From Alistipes sp. (GTDB taxonomy: Bacteria > Bacteroidota > Bacteroidia > Bacteroidales > Rikenellaceae), in assembly GCA_022511345.1 (NCBI GenBank), contig JAFLRR010000009.1, positions 15,442 to 79,441 of the forward strand: a DNA stretch of 64,000 nt, written 5' to 3'. The notes below the pieces were generated by a model. The model saw only the letters and a program-made list of their open reading frames with translations, ran no database searches and was not told the DNA's origin. The translations under genes and the position numbers were made by a program. Below are positions 29,768-38,166 of this stretch, piece after piece; the stretch's first letter is position 1; each line of letters begins with the position of its first letter.

Positions 29768-32700
29768 ATGAAGAAGCTTTTTGCTCTGATTCTCTCGATT
29801 TTCGCCGTCTGCACGGTATCGGCGCAGGTGACCAACTCGGGTATGAACGGTACGGTTACTGACCAGGACGGACAGCCGCTCATCGGCGCGACCGTCATAG
29901 CAGTACACACCGCATCGGGTACCGAGTACGGAACAGCGACCGACCTCAACGGCCGTTACTACATTCAGGGTATGCGCCCCGGCGGTCCCTACAAGGTGAC
30001 CATGTCGTATGTGGGCTGCCAGAGTGTAGAGTTCACCGACATTACCCTCCCGCTCGGTGAGACCGTGACCCGCAATGGATACCTCAAGGCAAGCCTCGAC
30101 ATCGACGAGGTTGTCGTAGTGGCCGAAGGCCGCAACAGCTCGATGAACGTGCACCGCTCGGGCACCTCGACCAACATCTCCAAGGAGATGATGGAGCTCA
30201 TTCCGTCGGTGAACCGCAGCATGAACGACCTGATGCGTCTGGCTCCGCAGTCGAGCACTACTACCAACGGTTTCGCTGTCGGCGGCGGTAACTACCGCCA
30301 GTCGTATGTGACCGTCGACGGTGCCGCATTCAACAACGCATTCGGTATCGGCCAGAACCTGCCCGCAAACGGCTCGCCCATATCGCTCGACGCTCTGGAC
30401 CAGATTTCGGTGTCGGTAACCCCCTATGACGTTCGTCAGAGCGGATTCACCGGCGGCGCTATCAACGCCGTGACCAAGTCGGGTGACAACGAGTTCCGCG
30501 GCTCGGTATACACCTATCTTAAGAGCAACAGCCTGCGCGGTACCAAGGCCGGCGACCAGACCATTCCCGTAGAGGAGGCTCACTCGTACACCTACGGAGC
30601 AAGCTTCGGCGGCGCGATTGTCAAGAACAAGCTCTTCTTCTTCGTCAACGGCGAGTATGACGACGAGGTAACGGCCGGCCCCTCGGGCATATGCCGCACC
30701 TCGGAGGATCAGGCTTTCGGCCAGAACGGCGTGAAGCGTCCCACGGTGAGCGACATGGACATGATGCGCAACTTCCTCAAGGAGAAGTACAACTACGACC
30801 CGGGCCGCTACAGCGGATACTCGCTCAAGACTCCCGGTTACAAGCTGCTCGCGCGTATGGACTGGAACATTTCCAACGACCACAAGCTCAACGTTCGCTT
30901 CTCGCGCACCCACTCGAAGGATTCGAGCGCTCCCTCGACCTCGGTGAACCCGCTGACCGCAAACTCCATATATCCCGGTAACACCGATCTGAACATCGGT
31001 AAGGGTCAGTCGATTACGTCGAACTATGCGATGTACTTCGAGAGCCAGCGCTACTACACCATCCGCGACTTTACGTCGGTGGCTGCCGAGCTCAACTCGC
31101 GATTCCTGAACGGCCGCATGAACAACACGCTGCGCTACACCTTCTCCTACCAGGATGAGCCCCGCGACAACGTGGGCGGTATGTTCCCCACCGTACATAT
31201 CCTCAAGGACGGTGCTCCCTACATGGCATTCGGTCCCGATGTGTTCACCGTCGGCAACCTCCGCCAGGTGGCTACCCACGTCATTACCGACGAGGTGACC
31301 TACAACTCGGGCGACCACAACATCATTGCCGGTCTGCAGTTCGAGAGCAACGACGCTGTCAACGGCTACCAGCAGGGCGGCGCAGGATTCTACGTGTTCA
31401 ACTCGATGGAGGCATTCATGAACGGCGAGAAGCCGTCGGCATTCGGCATTACCCACTCGAACTCGGCCGACCTGAAGCAGTTCCAGTCGAGAATGCAGTA
31501 TCGCCAGCTGTCGTTCTACGTGCAGGATGAGATGAACCTCCACCAGAACTTCAAGCTCACGGCAGGTCTGCGCTTCGAGGTGCCCATGTATCCCTCGCTG
31601 GCAAACAACTACAACGCTGCATATGCCGACCTCGACTTCAACGGCAAACACTACTCGACCGACCAGCTGCCCAAGGCGCGTCTGACCGTTTCGCCCCGAG
31701 TTGGATTCAACTGGGATATGACCGGCGAGCGCAAGTATGTGCTGCGCGGCGGTACGGGTTACTTCATCGGCCGCATGCCCTTCGTATGGCTCGTATCGGC
31801 AGTAGGTAACTCGAACGTGGGCCAGACCAGCTACTACTACAACGACGCTGCAACGGCTACCGGCCCGCAGCCCGACTTCCACACCAAGGTCGAGGATATC
31901 CTCAAGGACCTCTACCCCAACGGTTTCGACCCGCAGACTCCGGTCGCTCCCTCGAGCCCCACGATTCTCGACAAGAACCTCAAGATGCCCGCAGCTTGGA
32001 AGAGCTCGCTGGCAATGGATATCAAGCTCCCGGGCAACATCGACTTCACAATGGAGGGCATCTACTCGCGCGACTACAACCCCACGGTAATCTCGAACCT
32101 CAACTACATGCCCGCAGGCACTCCCGAGGAGATTATCAAAGGCTCGGGCGACATGCGCGGCAAGACGCAGGGTACATATACCAAGTACAACAACTTCTTC
32201 ATCACCAACGGTGACAACGGAGCTTACTCCTACTCGGTGACCGCTCAGCTGCACAAGCGTTTCAACTTCGGTCTGGATGTGGCATTCTCCTACACCCACG
32301 CAGGCGCCCGCAGCTACGGCGACGGTATCGGCGACCAGGTGACCTCGGCATACAAGACCAACACCTACTCGCGCGGAATGGTCAACGAGCATGAGCTCGG
32401 CTACGGTACCTATGTGGCTCCCGACCGCATACTGCTCTCGCTCAACTACCGCAAGGAGTATGCGAAGCACTTCGCAACCAACGTGGGTCTGATCTACGAG
32501 GGTTCGCAGCACGCCTTCATCGGCGGTTACTCGTACACCCGCTTCTCGTACACCTTCGACGGCTGCGTGACCGGTGACGGCGGCGCAAACAGCCTGCTCT
32601 TCATCCCCGCATCGCGCGAGGATCTGGACAAGTGGAACTTCCTGGGCACCGAAACCTACACGGCCGAGCAGCAGAAAGACGACTTCTGGGCATACATCAA

Positions 32701-33058
32701 CCAGGATTCCTATCTGAAGACCCGCAAGGGCAAGTACACCGAGCGCGGCGGCGCTATCATGCCGTGGCACCACCAGGTAGACCTCCACTTCGGTCAGGAG
32801 TTCTTCATCACCACCAAGAGCGGCAAGCGCAATACGCTCGAGTTCGGCGTGGACATTCAGAACCTGCCCAACCTGCTCAGCAAGAACTGGGGTACCTACA
32901 AGCAGATTCGCAACACCTCGCTGCTCAAGCTCAACAGCGACGGCTCCTGCCAGTACAACATGGTCAACAACCAGCGCAACACGACCACCTCGCAGACATA
33001 CAGCAGCCTGTGGTCGACGTATCGCGTGATGTTCAACGTTCGCTACCGTTTCAACTAA
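29768..33058 (+). CDS. TonB-dependent receptor, Oar-like, with N-terminal carboxypeptidase-regulatory-like domain
   Basis: Signal peptide, GTVTDQDGQPLIGATV, plug with DVRQSGFTGGAINAVTKSG, SPRVGFNWD, C-terminal FNVRYRFN. Confidence 0.93.
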   Translation: MKKLFALILSIFAVCTVSAQVTNSGMNGTVTDQDGQPLIGATVIAVHTASGTEYGTATDLNGRYYIQGMRPGGPYKVTMSYVGCQSVEFTDITLPLGETVTRNGYLKASLDIDEVVVVAEGRNSSMNVHRSGTSTNISKEMMELIPSVNRSMNDLMRLAPQSSTTTNGFAVGGGNYRQSYVTVDGAAFNNAFGIGQNLPANGSPISLDALDQISVSVTPYDVRQSGFTGGAINAVTKSGDNEFRGSVYTYLKSNSLRGTKAGDQTIPVEEAHSYTYGASFGGAIVKNKLFFFVNGEYDDEVTAGPSGICRTSEDQAFGQNGVKRPTVSDMDMMRNFLKEKYNYDPGRYSGYSLKTPGYKLLARMDWNISNDHKLNVRFSRTHSKDSSAPSTSVNPLTANSIYPGNTDLNIGKGQSITSNYAMYFESQRYYTIRDFTSVAAELNSRFLNGRMNNTLRYTFSYQDEPRDNVGGMFPTVHILKDGAPYMAFGPDVFTVGNLRQVATHVITDEVTYNSGDHNIIAGLQFESNDAVNGYQQGGAGFYVFNSMEAFMNGEKPSAFGITHSNSADLKQFQSRMQYRQLSFYVQDEMNLHQNFKLTAGLRFEVPMYPSLANNYNAAYADLDFNGKHYSTDQLPKARLTVSPRVGFNWDMTGERKYVLRGGTGYFIGRMPFVWLVSAVGNSNVGQTSYYYNDAATATGPQPDFHTKVEDILKDLYPNGFDPQTPVAPSSPTILDKNLKMPAAWKSSLAMDIKLPGNIDFTMEGIYSRDYNPTVISNLNYMPAGTPEEIIKGSGDMRGKTQGTYTKYNNFFITNGDNGAYSYSVTAQLHKRFNFGLDVAFSYTHAGARSYGDGIGDQVTSAYKTNTYSRGMVNEHELGYGTYVAPDRILLSLNYRKEYAKHFATNVGLIYEGSQHAFIGGYSYTRFSYTFDGCVTGDGGANSLLFIPASREDLDKWNFLGTETYTAEQQKDDFWAYINQDSYLKTRKGKYTERGGAIMPWHHQVDLHFGQEFFITTKSGKRNTLEFGVDIQNLPNLLSKNWGTYKQIRNTSLLKLNSDGSCQYNMVNNQRNTTTSQTYSSLWSTYRVMFNVRYRFN

Positions 33059-33081
33059 CGAATATGGTTGCCAACGCTCCC

Positions 33082-33115
33082 ACGGGACAGACTTTAGGGT
33101 CTGTCCCGTTTTTTT
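33082..33115 (+). terminator. Intrinsic terminator
   Basis: ACGGGACAGAC/GTCTGTCCCGT stem followed by a T run. Confidence 0.88.
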
Positions 33116-33209
33116 GCGCCGGTAATTTTGGTATTCGGGAAAATAATCGTTAAATTTGTTTAACGGAACAATTCCGGCAACCGAAGTTCAACCAAACAAC
33201 CCAAACACC

Positions 33210-34175
33210 ATGAAAGAGACTGTCAACGACATTCTTGCATTCAAGGATTCGCGCGAAAAAAGAATCCGAGAATTCATCCACAAAAAGACAACTGTAGGAA
33301 ACATAGCGATTTACAAAATCGCGGTTGCATCGTTATTCTTGCTGGCACTGCTAATCATTATGTACTGCATCGGCAACACGGAAATTTGCAAGTGCAGCTT
33401 TTTGAAATTAAAATGCGTAAGGATGTGGTTTAAGATTTCAATGATGTTCATATCGGTTATATCTGCTGCATCGGGAGTATATACCTATAGGTCGCATTAT
33501 ATCAAAATCTATATTTACAAATGCAATGTTATTTTGATAAAATTCGAAAAATACATCTGTCACTATGCCGAATTATTCGCTTTGCGTGAAAGGCTTAAAA
33601 ATGTTGAAAAAGAGATAGACGATATAGATGTGGATATGGCAATATCAGATTTGAAGAAGGATATGGCCCATCGTATTTATTATTCGCATGTTGATAAACT
33701 TAAAGAAATATCTGATTTGTTACACAAACGCGAACAAGATATAATGAAATTGTTGGAGAATAGCGATGCAAGCGAAAAATATACTCTGAATACGGAGTGC
33801 AAGCAGCTGTTCAAAGACAGAATAGAAAATGTTGAGAAAAAGCACGATATCAGAGAGCAGCATTATCGGGATATATTCGAGTGCGAGTCTGAGGAGCTGA
33901 AAGCAAAGAAGAAAGCAGAGTCACTCAAGATAGAGAAAAACGAGCTGGAGACAAGAGAAAAAGAATTTGCCAAGGAAATACAAGAAGTTTACAAAATCGA
34001 CAAGATATCATTCGAAAATTCATTCGACAAGATTTATGATAAATTCCACGATGAAATCATCAATGGAATAGATGAAGCAAGACTATTATGCACAACTAAA
34101 TCAGAGCTGAAGATTCTTTTCAGCGAACTGATACAGAAAGCTTCGCAGCTGAAGAATCCGGATATGCAATTTTAG
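33210..34175 (+). CDS. AT-rich hypothetical membrane protein (2 TM + K/E-rich coiled coil)
   Basis: Long ORF with its own promoter (TTTG 33127-33130, N20, TAAATTTG 33151-33158). Two hydrophobic stretches followed by a charged helical region. Confidence 0.75.
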   Translation: MKETVNDILAFKDSREKRIREFIHKKTTVGNIAIYKIAVASLFLLALLIIMYCIGNTEICKCSFLKLKCVRMWFKISMMFISVISAASGVYTYRSHYIKIYIYKCNVILIKFEKYICHYAELFALRERLKNVEKEIDDIDVDMAISDLKKDMAHRIYYSHVDKLKEISDLLHKREQDIMKLLENSDASEKYTLNTECKQLFKDRIENVEKKHDIREQHYRDIFECESEELKAKKKAESLKIEKNELETREKEFAKEIQEVYKIDKISFENSFDKIYDKFHDEIINGIDEARLLCTTKSELKILFSELIQKASQLKNPDMQF

Positions 34176-34375
34176 CGGCGGCACTCCGGGCGGGAACGAT
34201 TCCCGCCCGGATTCGTTTGGCGGACCGGGCTGGCCGCAGCAAACAGGCAGAAATGACGATATGCTTCAGCAAGAGGAGCGCAGAGCGATTTTCGGCGCGG
34301 AATTTGGCGATTCACGAAAAAAATCATAACTTTAGAATAGCGAACGGCTAACATTAATTAAAAAATATTAGAATT

Positions 34376-35479
34376 ATGATTATCGGTATTCCTAAAGAGA
34401 TCAAAAACAACGAGAATCGCGTGTCGATGACCCCCGCAGGCGTGAGCGAACTTGTAAAGCGCGGACACACGGTCTACATACAGACTTCGGCCGGAGCGAA
34501 CAGCGGATTCCCGGATGAGGCCTACACGGCTGTGGGTGCACAGCTGCTGCCAACCATAGAGGAGGTATATGCCAAGGCCGAGATGATTGTCAAGGTCAAG
34601 GAACCGATAGCGCCCGAATATCCGCTGATACGTCCCGACCAGCTGGTATTCACCTATTTCCATTTCGCAAGCAGCGAACCGCTGACGCACGCCATGATAA
34701 AGAGCGGCGCGATATGCTGCGCTTACGAGACTGTAGAGCGTGACGACCGCTCGCTGCCGCTGCTCATTCCCATGTCCGAGGTGGCAGGACGCATGGCTAC
34801 GCAGGAGGGATGCTACTTCCTGGAGCGTCCGCACGGCGGAAAAGGCAAGCTCATAGGAGGCGTGCCGGGTGTGCCGCCCGCGAAGGTATTCGTCATAGGT
34901 GCCGGCGTGGTGGGTACGGCTGCCGCACGCACCGCAGCAGGAATGGGTGCCGATGTGACCATATGCGACATATCGCTGCCGCGTCTGGCATATCTGGCCG
35001 ACACGATGCCGCGCGTGAAGACGCTCATGTCGTCGGAGTACAACATACGCATGGCTCTGCGCGAGGCCGACATAGTAATCGGCTCGGTACTCATACCCGG
35101 AGCCAAGGCGCCCAAGCTGGTCACAAGCGACATGCTCAAAGAGATGCAGCCCGGCTCGGTGATGGTCGACGTGGCCATAGACCAGGGCGGATGCTTCGAG
35201 ACCTCGAGACCCACGACGCACGAGGAGCCTACATACTACGTGGACGGAATACTCCACTACTGCGTTGCCAACATACCCGGAGCGGTGCCATACACCTCTA
35301 CCCTCGCGCTGACCAACGCTACGCTGCCCTATGTGCTGGCGCTGGCCGACAAGGGATGGCGTCAGGCATGCCGCGAGCGTGCCGACCTGGCGCGCGGCCT
35401 GAACATCGTAAAGGGCGAAGTGGTATCGCGCTCGGTGGCCGAAGCGTGGGGACTGCCTTACAAGGAGTTCACCTGCTGA
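34376..35479 (+). CDS. ald: Alanine dehydrogenase
   Basis: [63 protein letters not shown]. Confidence 0.97.
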   Translation: MIIGIPKEIKNNENRVSMTPAGVSELVKRGHTVYIQTSAGANSGFPDEAYTAVGAQLLPTIEEVYAKAEMIVKVKEPIAPEYPLIRPDQLVFTYFHFASSEPLTHAMIKSGAICCAYETVERDDRSLPLLIPMSEVAGRMATQEGCYFLERPHGGKGKLIGGVPGVPPAKVFVIGAGVVGTAAARTAAGMGADVTICDISLPRLAYLADTMPRVKTLMSSEYNIRMALREADIVIGSVLIPGAKAPKLVTSDMLKEMQPGSVMVDVAIDQGGCFETSRPTTHEEPTYYVDGILHYCVANIPGAVPYTSTLALTNATLPYVLALADKGWRQACRERADLARGLNIVKGEVVSRSVAEAWGLPYKEFTC

Positions 35480-35589
35480 CAGGCAAGAGTGCATGAGTAA
35501 AGAACCGCCGCGCGTGAATGTGCGGCGGTTTTGTTTTCGCAGCTGGCAACTTTTTGCTATTTTTACGGTTGAATCATCCGAACGGCACA

Positions 35590-35999
35590 ATGAAAAGAGC
35601 GATACTGGCGGCCATGCTGGCCGCAGCAGCAACAACCGCAAAATCGAAGAGCTGGAGCGCAGCGGAGCAACGGTCATAAGGTGCGATCTGGGCCAGTGCG
35701 TGGCCGAGAGGGTCGTACAGGCCGGAATTGCGCCCGACATGGCATTCACGAGCGCTGCCGAACCCGACGACAGGCTCTGCTTCTTCCACCGCAGCACCGG
35801 CACGGCGGATATATACTTCGTCTACAACCATTCGGGCAGAGCGTTCGATTCACCCATAACGCTGCGCACGCCGTGCCGGAACGTCGAGGCATGGAATCCG
35901 CTCACGGCCGAGCGCACACCCGCAGAGGCTGCGGCAGGCACTCTGCAGCTGAAGCTGGAGCCCTATCAAAGCATGTTTCTGATTGCCCGAAAGATGTAA
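35590..35999 (+). pseudogene. Probable gene remnant: signal peptide in one frame joined to a glycoside-hydrolase-like (GH106/GH2-associated) internal fragment in another
   Basis: ATG 35590 gives MKRAILAAMLAAAATTA... and stops at 35679. The -1 frame gives KIEELERSGATVI...IAPD...FFHRSTGTADIYFVYN...EAWNPLT...LKLEPYQSMFLI to 35999. Confidence 0.55.
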
Positions 36000-36065
36000 G
36001 CCGCAGTTAAGCCGTGATGAGGCGGCGGAAAGATTGTAGTTTAGCGGCTACGAGGCGGCGAGGAA

Positions 36066-37142
36066 CTATCGCAGGCGAAGGTAGCTGCAGGACATCATGC
36101 TGCCGTCGTTGTCGCGAAGGTGCATGCCTCCGCCCTTGCAGTAGCGGAACATGCCGCATGCGGCGCACTCGTCACGGCGCATCCAGTCGCGGTCGCGGAA
36201 CGGCCCGAAGCGGTTCTCCCAGACATCGTGGAAGCTGTCGCGGTAGATGTTGCCCTGCGTGAAGTCGGAGCGGACGCTCGTGCAGCCCGAAATGGAGCCG
36301 TCGACACGCACCGAGGCAACAGAAACGCCCGCAGTGCACTCGTAGAAGTGGTCGCGGACCTCGGTCTCGTAGCTGCCGAGAAAGCCTTCGCACGCATAGG
36401 AAAGGTCGAGGCCGCAGCCGCTGCGGCGCGTGTCGCGGATGAAGTCGAGGACGCGGCGGAAATCGTCGTCGCCAAGGACCAGCGACGAGTCGTTGCGGGC
36501 GCGGCCAGAAGGGAAGATGGAGAATATGCGCCAGTAGCCTACCCCCTCGCTGAGAAGAAAGTCGCGGAACTCACCCAGGCGCGGAACCATGGCGGGAGTC
36601 ACGCACGTTATGACGTCGTAGGCAAGGCCACGGACGCGGACGATGCGCCGTATGGCATCGACGGCTCGGCGCCAGCTTTGGGGATTGCAGCGGATGTAGT
36701 TGTGCTCGGCCTCGAAGCCGTCGAGGCTGACCGACACGGAGCGCAGGCCCGAAAGAAGCAGAGAGTCGAGGCGCCGCTGAGTCAGGGCCATGCCGTTGGT
36801 AACCATGCCCCACGGATAGCCGCGGCGGGTGACCTCGGCGCCGGCAAGCTCCAAATCGTCGCGAACGAGAACCTCGCCGCCGGAGAAGATTATCAGCACA
36901 TCGGCCGGATTGACATAGGGCGTAACCTCGCAGTCGAGCACATGCAGGAAGTCGTCCAAAGGCATATCCTTAAGTGCCGGGTCGACACGGCAGTCGCTGC
37001 CGCAGTGGCGGCAGGCGAGATTGCAGCGAAGGGTGCACTCCCAGAAGAGAGTGTCGAGACGGTGAGCGGCGACCCGCTCGTCGCGAAGACGTGAGAAGAT
37101 TTCAAGTCCCAGCCGTTTCCTGAGACCCGGGCGGCAGGACAT
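36066..37142 (-). CDS. Radical SAM/SPASM enzyme (rSAM/lipoprotein-system type)
   Basis: FWECTLRCNLACRHCGSDC (CxxxCxxC), FSGGEVLVR, MVTNG, SVSLDG. SPASM C-x12-G-x4-C ... CxxC-x5-C ... C. Confidence 0.93.
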   Translation of the reverse strand: MSCRPGLRKRLGLEIFSRLRDERVAAHRLDTLFWECTLRCNLACRHCGSDCRVDPALKDMPLDDFLHVLDCEVTPYVNPADVLIIFSGGEVLVRDDLELAGAEVTRRGYPWGMVTNGMALTQRRLDSLLLSGLRSVSVSLDGFEAEHNYIRCNPQSWRRAVDAIRRIVRVRGLAYDVITCVTPAMVPRLGEFRDFLLSEGVGYWRIFSIFPSGRARNDSSLVLGDDDFRRVLDFIRDTRRSGCGLDLSYACEGFLGSYETEVRDHFYECTAGVSVASVRVDGSISGCTSVRSDFTQGNIYRDSFHDVWENRFGPFRDRDWMRRDECAACGMFRYCKGGGMHLRDNDGSMMSCSYLRLR

Positions 37143-37145
37143 GGG

Positions 37146-37505
37146 CTACTCTTTGGTATCCTCGCCCTCGCGCACGGCCTCCAGGCGGGCCTGGGCCTGT
37201 TTGAGAGAGTCGAGGTCGATGTTTTGCAGCGGAACACGAACGCCATACATCACCACATGGCCTGGAGCGGACATGCGCACCGTGTCGACGACATCGCCGC
37301 GAACAATCTCGACGGACGAAACGACAGAATCGGGCGCCTCGATGCGCACGGGACGGCGCACGCCGTACATGACATGGATGCGGGGATTGACAATCACCGT
37401 ATCGCCCGCAGGCGCGGGTTCGCTCTTGGCGCTATTTTTAGCGCCCGAGCATGCTGCCGAGAATCCCAGCAGCGACAGAATCATGAGTTTGAAACTGCGG
37501 TTCAT
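37146..37505 (-). CDS. Small lipoprotein with two (H/V)VMYGVR repeats; putative substrate of the adjacent rSAM enzyme
   Basis: MNRSFKLMILSLLGFSAAC (Cys19 lipobox-like). MYG codons at 37362-37370 and 37242-37250. TATCTTTG promoter element at 37529-37536 (minus). 3-nt gap to the rSAM ATG. Confidence 0.85.
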   Translation of the reverse strand: MNRSFKLMILSLLGFSAACSGAKNSAKSEPAPAGDTVIVNPRIHVMYGVRRPVRIEAPDSVVSSVEIVRGDVVDTVRMSAPGHVVMYGVRVPLQNIDLDSLKQAQARLEAVREGEDTKE

Positions 37506-37575
37506 GGCCTTCGTCGTTTGTAACACGGCAAAGATAGTGATTTTTTCGCAAATCCGCCCTCTCGCGCCGGCAGAA

Positions 37576-38073
37576 TCAATCGCCCGAAGCAACGGCTATG
37601 TCGGCCACGCAGGCGGCGACGAACGATATCAAATCGGCCGGAGCGATTTTGATTTGCAGGCCCCTGACGCCGGCGCTGATGTAGATGTGACTGTGCTGCT
37701 GGCAGCTCGAGTGGATGAAGGTCGGAAAATGCTTGCGCATGCCTATGGGCGAGCAGCCGCCGCGGATGTAGCCCGTAACGGGCAGCAGCTCCTTCATGGG
37801 TATCAGCTCGCAGCGCTTGTTGCCCGAGACGCGCGCCGCAGCCTTCAGGTCGACCTCGCAGTCGCCCGGAACCACGCAGACGAAGTAGCCGCTGCGGTCG
37901 CCGCGAAGCACCAGAGTCTTGAAAACGGTGCGGATATCCTCGCCCAGCTCGGCGGCCACGTGGGCAGCGGCCAGGTCTGACTCATCGACACGGTAAGGCA
38001 CCGTTCCGTAGTCTATGCCGGCCTTTTCGAGCAGGCGAACGGCATTGGTTTTGGTTATTTTGTCGTTTGCCAC
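37576..38073 (-). CDS. ybaK: Cys-tRNA(Pro) deacylase
   Basis: KTNAVRLL, VFKTLVL, GYIRGGCSPIGMRK, ISAGVRGLQI. Confidence 0.95.
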   Translation of the reverse strand: MANDKITKTNAVRLLEKAGIDYGTVPYRVDESDLAAAHVAAELGEDIRTVFKTLVLRGDRSGYFVCVVPGDCEVDLKAAARVSGNKRCELIPMKELLPVTGYIRGGCSPIGMRKHFPTFIHSSCQQHSHIYISAGVRGLQIKIAPADLISFVAACVADIAVASGD

Positions 38074-38166
38074 GATGACATATTGTGTTAGAGCCGCACA
38101 AATTTACTAAATAGGAGAATAAAAAAGACAGGACTGCCGAATTTTATATATTTTTGCAACGCAGTT

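Noticed and set aside
29753-32788. 1011-aa antisense ORF opposite the TonB receptor; similar long antisense ORFs at 2145-3836, 13082-15232, 17076-18485, 52613-54235, 58169-60445, 62288-63877
   Set aside because: Shadow ORFs caused by strong codon bias in high-GC genes. They mirror real genes end to end and have no recognisable motifs.
37576-38073. ybaK as part of the rSAM/lipoprotein system
   Set aside because: The lipoprotein has its own promoter element downstream of ybaK. YbaK is adequately explained as the trans-editing partner of the INS-less ProRS.
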